DNA of 64,000 nt, taken from the NCBI GenBank assembly GCA_048128005.1, contig JBEUKZ010000071.1:558001-622000 (forward strand), written 5' to 3'. Shown here in pieces: positions 44,778 through 59,178 of this stretch. Made by a program: the position numbers and the translations under genes. Positions within the stretch are counted from its first letter, which is position 1, and each line of letters starts with the position of its first letter. The DNA comes from Veleropilina oligotropha. Lineage: Eukaryota. The notes below the pieces were generated by a model, which was not told where the DNA came from, made no database searches, and was given only the letters and a program-made list of their open reading frames with translations.

Positions 44778-47700
44778 AACAAGAGCAAAAGCTCGAAACG
44801 GCTCGCATGAAACAGCGCTATAATCACATATGTGAAGGCCTTAAGCGGTGCAATCCCTTAATCATTGTGAACTCTAGCGATAAAAATACATTAAAAACAG
44901 TTAAATCAGCTGAAATTGTGAATATTGCAAAAGCATACACTGACCATGAGATACAGCTTGCTCTTGAAGGGCATACTAAATACACACCATGAGTTTCATA
45001 GTGTCAGCTCCTCCATTGTTCCAGTTAACAACCCAAACAATGAGTTCAGGGCTTTTTCCATTAACGTGGGGCAGGCGGCAAACCGCACAATTTCAAGCAA
45101 GTACATTTCCTATATAGTGGGTAACCACGCGGGTGCTACCCGCGCGGCCAAAAAAATTGCTGTGTTCGATTATTTTCAAACGTCCCGGCAAAACCGCTAG
45201 GGAATCCTGGAAATGATGTCAAATTTATTAGGGGTTCCGAAAAAAGCACCCTTCTCATCAGCAATGGGGGAGGCGACACTTTGTTGTATTGTGCATTTTT
45301 GCGTAGAAAACGACACTTGCAAAATAATATCCGTGTATTATTGCTCAGAAGGCAATTAATGACCACCAAACTGACACACCGAATCTGTGTACACCAAATA
45401 CCGTCAATAGGCCCATCATTCCTACATCGGCCTCAGTATGGAGAAATGCCTTGTAAGCAAAGAGCTATGCTCAATGATCCGATATGATTGATACAGATAT
45501 TTTCAAAAAAAGGGAATATTGGATTATATACGTAAAATTGCAAAGTAACCATGGTAATAACAAACTAGAATAAAGTTGTGGCACGCCACAAAAATGCCCT
45601 CGCGTAGACACCAAATAATATTAAATATAACCATATAAATTGCAATATCACCGCCAAAATAGCTAGTGATATATCAAAGGTGATAGGATAAGTATATGTA
45701 TTAAAATAAGTGCAAATAATGTCCACATAAACTTCTATTTATACTTAAAATCTAGAATATCTGATATATCCATTGAGCCAGCCGGCACCCACGACTGAGC
45801 TCATTGCACACAGTGGGCTAGCTGGTAATAAATGCTTGTTTTTATCATATAAAAACCATGTTTAGCACTTTCAGCAGTGTTCTAATAAATAGTGGGGGCT
45901 ATTAGGTAATTCCGTGGGAATTCTCTGTATATTTTTCGAAACCTTCTTATTATGATAAGTGGTGTAAACTATTACAAAAAACACTTGTTGCAAATTTTTT
46001 GCTTCAAAATTAAATCAGTAGCGGCATTTTTTAGATATAGATCCAGAAGGCTTTGCACATAGTAATCTGATGTTGTTTCTTCCTTGGAGAGAGGAATCTG
46101 AGCTCTTGGGACCATACTCATCATATACAGTATTCACCTAACATGAATATAATTATTACATAGTTTATCAAATTTCTATGTCCGAAAAGATTACCATATT
46201 TTAATTAATTAAATTAAATTTTATTAAATATCATTGCCAGAGTATATGATGACATCCATATAACCAATAACAAAGCATATATATGCCAAAATCTCAAATC
46301 AACAACTCATATTCACTTAACCAAAAACTTAAAATTCACCAAAATTTCTATGTCCAAAAATGCTACAATATTACCTTTAATTATATTAAATTTTATTAAA
46401 TATAATTTCCAAAGTATCAGCTGATATCAATATAACCAATGACAAAGTATAGATATGCCAAAACGTAGCTTAAATAACCCATATCCACTCAATGAAAATT
46501 TTAACTAAAAACTTTAACCTAAAATTCACCCAAGTTTCTATATCCACAAACACCACTTTATTTTCATAAATTATAATAAATTTTATTAAATATCACTGCC
46601 AGAGAATCAGGTGACATCCCTTTAACCAATATCAAAGCATACATATGCCAAAAACGTCACTTGAACAGCCCATTAGACTCAATGAAAAACTTTAACCAAA
46701 ATGTTGACGCCGGACGCCGTGACGCCGGACGGAGCAGAAACAATATGCCCTTCGGCCTTCGGCGCGGGCATAAAAAGCACACTCCTACAGCGCGGCTTCA
46801 ATAAATTCGAACTGTGTCTGTGAAAACAATATCAGCCGCGCGGGTAACCGGTACGTGGCAAGTCGCGCAGCTGTTACCCACACCAAAGGAAAGCTAGGCT
46901 AACTCGGGTCGCTGGCCAGTAAAGGATATGGAAAGTTGCCAATGGAAGAGTCGGATCTCATATCGCGCTCTAGAGCATATTATGATGGGCAATTCCATGT
47001 TTTAAGGGGTTACAGCTTGTAATTTACAATAGATTTTCATGATGTGTATGACAGATAATACACTGACACCCCTCGGCGATATCCACATAAAGCCTCTCTC
47101 AGATGCTCGAAGCTTTATGTTGGATATCCCTCGTGCTGGCAGTGTATTATCTATTATCTATTACATAACTACATCAGTCTAGTTAACTTTGCCGATAGAA
47201 CATTTACCCCAATAGATAGTTTATGCAAATATATCCAAATATAGGCACAAGGAAGATTGGGGATTAATCTATTAAAATAACATACACATTCATATTGATA
47301 TAAGTAATATATAATACACCATGCCAGCACGAGGGATATCTAACATAAAGCCTCTAGCGTCAGAGAGAGGCTTTATACATGTGGGTATCGCAGAGGGGTG
47401 TCAGTATATTATCTGTTATACACATCATGAAAATCTATTGTAAATTGCACGCTGTAACCGCTTAAAACATAGGATTGCCCACCATAACATGCTCAAGAGT
47501 GTGATATGAGAGTCGATTCTTCCATTAGCAACTTGTCAAATCCTTTGTCACTGGCCAGCGACCAGAGTTAACTCATTGCTTGGGTTGTTCACTGGAACAA
47601 TGAAGAAAATGACACTAAGGAGGCCTATTTTTCAAATATGAAACTCATGGTGTGTATAAAATAAATAACCATGGAATACAGCTTGATCTTGATCATAACT

Positions 47701-48772
47701 AATGTGCATATCACACAATATTTTGAACCCTGATCAGTTGAAGATCTAGAGTGATATTAGACACTGGATACAGTTTGTTCTTGTAATGGTAATATATACT
47801 GCCATTTCAAGATACCCATGAAATAAACCAATAGGGAAGCCAGTTATCAAAATCCATTCAATCCATCTGATTTTGATAATACAAGCTTCACAGAATGACC
47901 ATTAAGCTTAACAGCTTACTGTGCCTATTGGCAGTGAGCAAGTCTTACAGATAAGCACATGTCCCTTTCATCGTACACACATAATATTTATATGAGTAAA
48001 CAAAAGAAATAAATTTGCTCAACAATAATGCATAAATAAATGAAAGTATTCTTATCTTAAACTGTATATGATAATGAATGCATGTTCTATACATAGCAAG
48101 ATTCAGAAACCTTAATCAGATGCTTGCTAAATTTATCAAAAAAAGTTGTAAAATTTAAATTTAAATAAATTATATTCAGCATTAATTACTCTGTAGGATA
48201 AAACAATACTGAAATTGTCATATCCAATATACACTGATGTCAAAGTAAGCCTGCATTTGCAGATATAGCATGATTGAGAAACTTTAACCAAAATCTTGAA
48301 CAAAAATTACTAAGTTCAAATGTATTATGTATCATTTTGTGGTAAAATTTTAAATAAAATATCTTCAATGTTACTGCTATAGGGTTACACTATATTGATA
48401 TAATGTTATAAAACATCTTATAAAACAAAATATTGCCTGAGATTGCATTTATAGCATGATTGTGAAACTTTAACCAAAAACTTGAACAAAAAGTTATCGC
48501 CCAATTTTAAGGTCATATTTTAATTAATTATCCTTCAATATCAATAAAATACAGTTGCAAGACATTGAAATAGTGTTGTATAACATGCAGTAATGCCAAA
48601 GATGGCATATGGTTGCATATATAGCATGATTGAGAAACTTTAACCAAAAACTTGACAAAAAGTTAACGCCGGTCGGATATGGACGGACGGACGGACGGAC
48701 GGACGGACGGACGGACGGCCGGACGACATGCTCATTACATAGACTCGCATTTGCGTTGCATGCGAGCCAATA
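44778..48772 (+). mobile_element. Second Helentron-like family inserted in the array, itself containing a third (~45563-46775)
   Basis: AACAAGAG...GGCTCGCATG start and (GGAC)n...CATGCGAGCCAATAA end; it interrupts ATTTAAAAA|TAATAATTAATCCC of the host element; inner element starts AACTAGAA and ends GCCCTTCGGCCTTCGGCGCGGGCATAAAAA. Confidence 0.55.
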
Positions 48773-51700
48773 ATAATTAATCCCAATGGAACCTTAACCA
48801 AGGTAATTTGAATCAAATTCCATTAAGTAACGCCTATTAATAGTAGTTGAGTACCTACTCTTCTTTATTAGGCCCCGCAGGGAGGCCTATAGTGATCACC
48901 TTTTCCATCCGTCCGTCCTTCCGTCCGTCCGTCCGTCCTTCCGTCCGTCCGTCCTTCCGTCCGTCCTTCCGTCCGTCCGTCCGTCCTTCCGTCCGTCCGT
49001 CCGACATGCACATTCTTTCATTTGCTCAATCTTAAGGTTAAGGTCCCAGGTCAAAGTTTCTGCACAATCTGCTGATTTAGCAAAGTATAACTAATAGACA
49101 ATAAATAAAGAAGAGTAGGTACTCAACTACTATTAATAGGCGTTACTTAATGGAATTTGATTCAAATTACCTTGGTTAAGGTTCCATTGGGATTAATTAT
49201 TATTTTTAAATATAAACATAACTTTGGTGAAAGTCGATCACTTGTCTCTCTGTCAGACTTGCTCTAGGCTTGTAGTGTATGCTACAGGCACAGTAAGCAG
49301 TGAGACTTAAGGTGATAGTTTATGAGGTTATATACTTGTATATAGCTTCCCTGTTCGGAATATCCAACAGCTTCTTTGATCATGCTATGATGTCGATCAA
49401 GAGTAAACTATCCCATGATCAGTGAATGTCCCAGGTTAATGTTTCATATGCTCAATCTTAAGGTTAAGATCACAGTAGAGTTTCCTTTGCCCAATCTTCT
49501 GATAAGATCCCAGGTTAAAGATTCATTTGCCCAATCTTCAGGTTAAGGTCCCAGGTCAAAGTTTCTACTTGTTTGATTTCTGAAGTTTGCGTTTGGCTCT
49601 GTTTCTCAAAAGTATAAGATCTAGATCAAAATAACTATAGATGCTTCAAGGGTACTGATGCTAAATGAATGCTTCGGATGCTGTATATTAGTATATAACA
49701 TATATTATATGGTACAATGACTTTGTCATCATAGTAATCATTAAATCTGTGTTAAGATTTTGCTTTGTTTCCATATATCTTTTCACTCGAGCATCAGTTC
49801 AACTTCAAACTTCACATGTGCAAACCTTATGAGCTGAAAAAAGTGCATACATATTTTTTTAAATAATAATAAATTAAAGAAATTAAAAAAAAAATTCTTT
49901 TTTATATATCAAAAAGGTTCATGAATGATTTTCATCATGTCTGTAGCAGTTATTCTGAAAAAATTAATTATGCCTTAAAGTATTTAGGATAGAAATAATG
50001 GTAATTTTTGAAGAGTTATTAAATTTATTTTGTTTATTTATCTAAATGTTATGTGTGTATGATGAAAGGGACATGTGCTTATCTGTAAGACTTGCTCACT
50101 GCCAATAGGCAAAGTAAGCTGTTAAGCTTAATGGTCACTCTGTGAAGCCGAGATTATCAAAATCTGATGTATTTTGAAAACTGCATGGCTTCGCCCTTGG
50201 TTTATTCCATGGGTATCTTGATTTGGCAGTATATATGGCCATTAAAAGATCAGAATGTATACAGTGTCTATTATCATTCTCCTCAATTGATCAAGGTTAG
50301 CTTAATGCATCCCGAACAATAGTTCGGAAGACACTGTAGCCTCGGTATAACGCGCCTCGATATACCGCGATATCGGTTATAACGCGAGGCAGATCATGGC
50401 TCCCAAAATTTTATACCATATATACCTACTTTCTATAAAATGAGTCGGTTTCATGATAATTTTAGTAAATTAAGGAACCATTTTACAAATTGCAAAACGA
50501 AATCGATACTTTTATTAAAATTAAAATCTACCTTGATTCATCTTGATTGTAAATGATTCTTTTAAGTTTATTCATACATCATTGTCTTGTTAACTTAATC
50601 CCTTTACACACGGAAACAATGGAAAGTAAGTTTGTTGACTCTGAAACATGGCCGACGGCTTGGGTCTACGGTCGCTTAGGACAATGACAAATTTACTTGC
50701 TAATAAATATTTTATTACACTTGTTGTTTTGTAAACAAATATGAAATAAACATTGATGTTTTAAGCGTTGTATGATCAAGTTTCTTTTATGGATATGATT
50801 TACGATTAGTAAATCAAATGAATGAATGATATCACGTGATTGAAAATTTCGCTTAGAACAAAGACAAACTGTTAACGATTAGTAAATCACATTACTGAAT
50901 GATATCACGTGATGGAAAATTTATTGTATTCCCGTTGTAAATGACATCTACATGTATATTAATTACAAATATCATTACATTATTTTAATTTCGCTTATTT
51001 TTTAAATGCAATGCCCTCCGCATTTTACATATTTGTCGGCAGCTCATTTATAACGCAACGACCTCTGAACTCCATGGATAAACAAAACAACACCCCAAAG
51101 ATTTCACACGCACGTGATATTCCTAGTCACAGAAGAGCGAGCGGCTATTGATCAGTGCAAAACAAAAGAAACGATTAAATGCACTTGCAGCTTAATTGGG
51201 TTACTATGAACATGAACTACATTTCACCACCGTATAATACGCTATGAACACAACAGACAACAAAGCTTTTATTGCAGATTTAAATTAAAACACATGTTGA
51301 AACAATCGGAGTTACATTTATAAAATTTCCCCGTCAGACAGGTAAATATATATAAACTATATATATATATATATATAACATTTCAAAATAGCTATAATAA
51401 ATGTTATATTTCCTGCATTCATCATTTTATTTATTTTCCTCTCATATACACATTACAATGACATTAGCATATTCATGACAGCTTTTCAATAGACAATATT
51501 CGTATACCGCGGATCGGTTATAACGCGGTGCGTGTCCACTTGGACCCCAATACCCGCGTTATACCGAGGCTACAGTGTACTGTAGTCGATTCATCGTTTA
51601 GTCATTTAGATTTCTTGTGCGCACAGTACAGTCAACAGTTCTGAACAGATTTCATTCAAATTTGATATGCGCATTTATGAAGTTTGATGAGGAAACGATG

Positions 51701-54700
51701 CTGAGTGTTTACATAAAGTTTCTTTGATCCATGATGTTTGTCGCTTTCCTCTTTTCACAATTTTTATCGTGTTGGTGATCGCTAAAGCGGGGCCTCCGTG
51801 ATGGTGTTCCATCACTTTTTATCTAGTTATTTTTAAATATAAACATAACTTTGGTGAAAGTCGATCACTTGTCTCTCTGTCAGACTTGCTCTAGGCTTGT
51901 AGTGTATGCTACAGGCACAGTAAGCAGTGAGACTTAAGGTGATAGTTTATGAGGTTATATACTTGTATATAGCTTCCCTGTTCGGAATATCCAACAGCTT
52001 CTTTGATCATGCTATGATGTCGATCAAGAGTAAACTATCCCATGATCAGTGAATGTCCCAGGTTAATGTTTCATATGTTCAATCTTAAGGTTAAGATCAC
52101 AGTAGAGTTTCCTTTGCCCAATCTTCTGATAAGATCCCAGGTTAAAGATTCATTTGCCCAATCTTCAGGTTAAGGTCCCAGGTCAAAGTTTCTACTTGTT
52201 TGATTTCTGAAGTTTTGCGTTTGGCTCTGTTTCTCAAAAGTATAAGATCTAGATCAAAATAACTATAGATGCTTCAAGGGTACTGATGCTAAATGAATGC
52301 TTCGGATGCTGTATATTAGTATATAACATATATTATATGGTACAATGACTTTGTCATCATAGTAATCATTAAATCTGTGTTAAGATTTTGCTTTGTTTCC
52401 ATATATCTTTTCACTCGAGCATCAGTTCAACTTCAAACTTCACATGTGCAAACCTTATGAGCTGAAAAAAGTGCATACATATTTTTTTTAAATAATAATA
52501 AATTAAAAAAATTAAAAAAAATTCTTTTTTATATATCAAAAAGGTTCATGAATGATTTTCATCATGTCTGTAGCAGTTATTCTGAAAAAATTAATTATGC
52601 CTTAAAGTATTTAGGATAGAAATAATGGTAATTTTTGAAGAGTTATTAAATTTATTTTGTTTATTTATCTAAATGTTATGTGTGTATGATGAAAGGGACA
52701 TGTGCTTATCTGTAAGACTTGCTCACTGCCAATAGGCAAAGTAAGCTGTTAAGCTTAATGGTCACTCTGTGAAGCCGAGATTATCAAAATCTGATGTATT
52801 TTGAAAACTGCATGGCTTCGCCCTTGGTTTATTCCATGGGTATCTTGATTTGGCAGTATATATGGCCATTAAAAGATCAGAATGTATACAGTGTCTATTA
52901 TCATTCTCCTCAATTGATCAAGGTTAGCTTAATGTATCCCGAACAATAGTTCGGAATACACTGTAGCCTCGGTATAACGCGCCTCGATATACCGCGATAT
53001 CGGTTATAACGCGAGGCAGATCATGGCTCCCAAAATTTTATACCATATATACCTACTTTCTATAAAATGAGTCGGTTTCATGATAATTTTAGCAAATTAA
53101 GGAACCATTTTACAAATTGCAAAACGAAATCGATACTTTTATTAAAATTAAAATCTACCTTGATTCATCTTGATTGTAAATGATTCTTTTAAGTTTATTC
53201 ATACATCATTGTCTTGTTAACTTAATCCCTTTACACACGGAAACAATGGAAAGTAAGTTTGTTGACTCTGAAACATGGCCGACGGCTTGGGTCTACGGTC
53301 GCTTAGGACAATGACAAATTTACTTGCTAATAAATATTTTATTACACTTGTTGTTTTGTAAACAAATATGAAATAAACATTGATGTTTTAAGCATTGTAT
53401 GATCAAGTTTCTTTTATGGATATGATTTACGATTAGTAAATCAAATGAATGAATGATATCACGTGATTGAAAATTTCGCTTAGAACAAAGACAAACTGTT
53501 AACGATTAGTAAATCACATTACTGAATGATATCACATGATAGAAAATTTATTGTATTCCCGTTGTAAATGACATCTACATGCAATATGCATGTATATTAA
53601 TTACAAATATCATTACATTATTTTAATTAGGCCCCGCAGGGAGGCCTATAGTGATCACCTTTTCCGTCCGTCCTTCCGTACGTCCGTCCTTCCGTCCGTC
53701 CTTCCGTCCGTCCGACATGCACATTCTTTCATTTGCTCAATCTTAAGGTTAAGGTCCCAGGTCAAAGTTTCTGCACAATCTGCTGATTTAGCAAAGTATA
53801 ACTAATAGACAATAAATAAAGAAGAGTAGGTACTCAACTACTATTAATAGGCGTTACTTAATGGAATTTGATTCAAATTACCTTGGTTAAGGTTCCATTG
53901 GGATTAATTATTATTTTTAAATATAAACATAACTTTGATGAAAGTCGATCACTTGTCTCTCTGTCAGACTTGCTCTAGGCTTGTAGTGTATGCTACAGGC
54001 ACAGTAAGCAGTGAGACTTAAGGTGATAGTTTATGAGGTTATATACTTGTATATAGCTTCCCTGTTCGGAATATCCAACAGCTTCTTTGATCATGCTATG
54101 ATGTCGATCAAGAGTAAACTATCCCATGATCAGTGAATGTCCCAGGTTAATGTTTCATATGCTCAATCTTAAGGTTAAGATCACAGTAGAGTTTCCTTTG
54201 CCCAATCTTCTGATAAGATCCCAGGTTAAAGATTCATTTGCCCAATCTTCAGGTTAAGGTCCCAGGTCAAAGTTTCTACTTGTTTGATTTCAGAAGTTTG
54301 AGTTTGGCTCTGTTTCTCAAAAGTATAAGATCTAGATCAAAATAACTATAGATGCTTCAAGGGTACTGATGCTAAATGAATGCTTCGGATGCTGTATATT
54401 AGTATATAACATATATTATATGGTACAATGACTTTGTCATCATAGTAATCATTAAATCTGTGTTAAGATTTTGCTTTGTTTCCATATATCTTTTCACTCG
54501 AGCATCAGTTCAACTTCAAACTTCACATGTGCAAACCTTATGAGCTGAAAAAAGTGCATACATATTTTTTTAAATAATAATAAATTAAAGAAATTAAAAA
54601 AAAAATTCTTTTTTATATATCAAAAAGGTTCATGAATGATTTTCATCATGTCTGTAGCAGTTATTCTGAAAAAATTAATTATGCCTTAAAGAATTTAGGA

Positions 54701-57342
54701 TAGAAATAATGGTAATTTTTGAAGAGTTATTAAATTTATTTTGTTTATTTATCTAAATGTTATGTGTGTATGATGAAAGGGACATGTGCTTATCTGTAAG
54801 ACTTGCTCACTGCCAATAGGCAAAGTAAGCTGTTAAGCTTAATGGTCACTCTGTGAAGCCGAGATTATCAAAATCTGATGTATTTTGAAAACTGCATGGC
54901 TTCGCCCTTGGTTTATTCCATGGGTATCTTGATTTTGCAGTATATATGGCCATTAAAAGATCAGAATGTATACAGTGTCTATTATCATTCTCCTCAATTG
55001 ATCAAGGTTAGCTTAATGCATCCCGAACAATAGTTCGGAAGACACTGTAGCCTCGGTATAACGCGCCTCGATATACCGCGATATCGGTTATAACGCGAGG
55101 CAGATCATGGCTCCCAAAATTTTATACCATATATACCTACTTTCTATAAAATGAGTCGGTTTCATGATAATTTTAGTAAATTAAGGAACCATTTTACAAA
55201 TTGCAAAACGAAATCGATACTTTTATTAAAATTAAAATCTACCTTGATTCATCTTGATTGTAAATGATTCTTTTAAGTTTATTCATACATCATTGTCTTG
55301 TTAACTTAATCCCTTTACACACGGAAACAATGGAAAGTAAGTTTGTTGACTCTGAAACATGGCCGACGGCTTGGGTCTACCGTCGCTTAGGACAATGACA
55401 AATTTACTTGCTAATAAATATTTTATTACACTTGTTGTTTTGTAAACAAATATGAAATAAACATTGATGTTTTAAGCGTTGTATGATCAAGTTTCTTTTA
55501 TGGATATGATTTACGATTAGTAAATCAAATGAATGAATGATATCACGTGATTGACAATTTCGCTTAGAACAAAGACAAACTGTTAACGATTAGTAAATCA
55601 CATTACTGAATGATATCACGTGATGGAAAATTTATTGTATTCCCGTTGTAAATGACATCTACATGTATATTAATTACAAATATCATTACATTATTTTAAT
55701 TTCGCTTATTTTTTAAATGCAATGCCCTCCGCATTTTACATATTTGACGGCAGCTCATTTATAACGCAACGACCTCTGAACTCCATGGATAAACAAAACA
55801 ACACCCCAAAGATTTCACACGCACGTGATATTCCTAGTCACAGAAGAGCGAGCGGCTATTGATCAGTGCAAAACAAAAGAAACGATTAAATGCACTTGCA
55901 GCTTAATTGGGTTACTATGAACATGAACTACATTTCACCACCGTATAATACGCTATGAACACAACAGACAACAAAGCTTTTATTGCAGATTTAAATTAAA
56001 ACACATGTTGAAACAATCGGAGTTACATTTATAAAATTTCCCCGTCAGACAGGTAAATATATATAAACTATATATATATATATATATAACATTTCAAAAT
56101 AGCTATAATAAATGTTATATTTCCTGCATTCATTTTATTTATTTTCCTCTCATATACACATTACAATGACATTAGCATATTCATGACAGCTTTTCAATAG
56201 ACAATATTCGTATACCGCGGATCGGTTATAACGCGGTGCGTGTCCACTTGGACCCCAATACCCGCGTTATACCGAGGCTACAGTGTACTGTAGTCGATTC
56301 ATCGTTTAGTCATTTAGATTTCTTGTGCGCACAGTACAGTCAACAGTTCTGAACAGATTTCATTCAAATTTGATATGCGCATTTATGAAGTTTGATGAGG
56401 AAACGATGCTGAGTGTTTACATAAAGTTTGTTTGATCAATGATGTTTGTCGCTTTCCTCTTTTCACAATTTTTATCGTGTTGGTGATCGCTAAAGCGGGG
56501 CCTCCGTGATGGTGTTCCATCATTTTTTATCTAGTTTATTGTATATTAGTTATACTTTGCTAAATCAGCAGATTGTGCAGAAACTTTGACCTGGGACCTT
56601 AACCTTAAGATTGAGCAAATGAAAGAATGTGCATGTCGGACGGACGGAAGGACGGACGGAAGGACGGACGGACGGACGGAAAAGGTGATCACTATAGGCC
56701 TCCCTGCGGGGCCTAATAAATGACAAAGATCATATTTCTTAGCATAATCATTGTGTAAAGATTTATACAGTCATAAACCCCTAGGGGTGATATCAGATAT
56801 TTGACGGCATTGATATCACTCTTTTCCTACCTGATATGCTAACGGGATTTATAACAAATAATACACGGATGATACTCGGGGTGATATCACCATTAGATCT
56901 CGGCTATGCCTCGATCTAATAGTGATATCACGCCTTGACCATCAGTGTATTATTTAATTTTTAATAATGTCAAATGAATTTGACTCCCAGGTTAAGAAAC
57001 TTTGGATATATCAGTAGCGGTAGACCAAAATCATCGTTCGTGGGTGGGTTTCACCATATATTTCTGGGAAGTCTCAATATAACACTAGATATTAATAGTA
57101 AATGTGATATAAAAGAATTAAAATTCAATGAAATTATTAAATTGGCTTTAAAATGTAGAACAGCTGCATTATTCACAACAAGTGTGGTTATTTTATATTT
57201 GTACTGGGGTTTATTAGAATATAATTAGAATCAAATATAATTTATAGAGCAATTTAAATTATTGCCAAATAGATGAAGAGCTAGTTTTTTTATCAAACAT
57301 AGCAAAACGTCTGATATATCACTCAAAGATTTCTTGGAAGTA

Positions 57343-58623
57343 CAGTGGATTCCACTTAACTGCATAACGCTTAATTGCATATTTCGGATATTTGCATAAA
57401 ATATGCAGGAAATGAATAGATTACTATTATTATCATATGCAAATAATCGCTTAATTGCATGCATAATTATCGGATTTTCGCTTATTTGCATAATAAATTT
57501 TCAACCGCATAATTGACAAAACAATACATAATTGATAATAAAATCGCTAAATTTATCAAAATACTTGCTTATTTGCCCGTATGTCTTGCTATGTCATCGT
57601 AAAGATGTTTATTCAACAGTAACATTCGAAGGTTGAACCATTTCAGCAACCTCGTGGGTTCCAAAATAATGTTACCTCCGGAAAAAGTCGGAACTGAAAG
57701 ATCGGTAAACATCGTTTCAGGTCTATAAACGATCGCCTTTGTCTGATTTTTGAAGTTGCGAAGTCACACACCGTGGCACGATAAATGGATTAAAAATCTA
57801 TTGTCCGGAATCCAAATGACAGACTGTTGAGTTTATCTGAACTCAAAATCGAAGATTAGGCTTATGAATCAAAGTAAACGGTGTCATTACATCTATTCAC
57901 ACGAACAACACTTAGTTCGCCAATAAATTACATAATTCTAAGACCACAACAACATTTGTAACAATTAAAACGACTGATCCTACAAAATGAGAAGTATTAT
58001 CTCCCCTGATTTAGTTTTTGAGAATACGTAGCCTCGTCGTTGCCGCTTGCGAACTATGGTGATTTAATTATTATTTTAATTTTATATGAAGACAACGTCT
58101 TATAATGTTTTTATATCAAATCATAATATATACTGTAATAATTAAATATCGCCAGAAATAATTACTCAATAAATGCAAACAAAAATCGATTCGAGATTAA
58201 AACATAGGCTAATTTTTCAACATGGCGGCCAATAACGTGACACGTGTTCAGCAGAAGAGAAACGTTCTGAAAATGAATTTCCACACCATAGTAATGTATG
58301 AAATGCGACGATACACTTTTGAAACCTATATCAATTCTACTGAAACAGGCTAATCACCTTCAGGTCAGAATAACCACAAAATATTGTGTATACAATCCGT
58401 ATTTATCATTTTATGGAAGTAAAAATACATTTAGTATGACTTACAAATAAATTTATTACCAGAACCTATTTATAATAAAGAACTATTTTAAATACAAGTA
58501 ATTATCGTTGATGATTTGCGGCGAAAAATAATTTCCGAAATTTACCGATTTGGTTAAAACGGTTAAACGCATAATCTGGATAATCGCATAAATCTCGCTA
58601 TGCAAAATAAGCAGAATCCACTG
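57343..58623. mobile_element. TA-flanked MITE (pogo/Tigger-like ends)
   Basis: TA|CAGTGGATTC ... GAATCCACTG|TA with subterminal GCTTA(A/T)TTGCAT repeats. Confidence 0.7.
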
Positions 58624-58655
58624 TATCTATGAATGCAACTTCACACAACACAAAC

Positions 58656-58758
58656 CTGTGCAGTCTGGCAGACTTTTCCACTCTAATGGTGTTGGCGGTC
58701 TTCTCTTCTTCCATAGTGTTTCCATGGATAATAAATATTTTATGTCATCTCTAAATAA
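58656..58758 (-). CDS. UBA2: UBA2 exon
   Basis: LFRDDIKYLLSMETLWKKRRPPTPLEWKSLPDCT; AG/GT boundaries. Confidence 0.93.
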
Positions 58759-59053
58759 CTAAAATGCAAAGCAACAAATATCTCAGATATTTAAGGAAAA
58801 CACAATGGATAGAATTATGTTGCAAATAATGGAAATAAAATGTTATAATTGGTATTAATTTTCCAATTGCACTATTGTTTTATCACTTTTTCCGATACCA
58901 AATTAAGTGTATGAAATTATGTGAAATCGCGCTCTTGTTGTGAGAATGAGGAGCATATTGATAGAGTTTAAAGATATAACACATATATCAAAAAGAGAAT
59001 TACATGGCACAATAATTAACATTGTTGAAAAGCATATAATAGACTATTCCTAC

Positions 59054-59178
59054 TTTATTAAATAGCTTCATGGCATCATAACCAGTCTCCATGGCCCAGA
59101 TTCGAGTCGACTTCCGCTCGATGCCACCAATGGAATTCTGTTTAGCCTCGTTCTGAAGGGCAGCAGTACCGGCATCAC
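59054..59178 (-). CDS. UBA2: UBA2 exon
   Basis: (G)DAGTAALQNEAKQNSIGGIERKSTRIWAMETGYDAMKLFNK; AG/GT boundaries. Confidence 0.9.

Larger units (their letters stand above)
37589..56718. mobile_element. Nested array of ~3-kb non-autonomous Helentron-like elements in both orientations
   Basis: 5' end AACTAGATAAAAAG..GGAACACCATCAC.GAGGCCCC at 37589, 42151 (+) and ~51828, ~56537 (-); 3' end (GGAC)nGGAAAAGGTGATCACTATAGGCCTCCCTGCGGGGCCTAA at ~41000, ~42140, ~56718 (+) and ~48867, ~53626 (-). Confidence 0.65.

Noticed and set aside
40440..53805. RPSV-repeat ORFs (e.g. 40821-41027, 48847-49035, 53590-53805)
   Set aside because: Translations of the (GGAC)n microsatellite at Helentron-like ends
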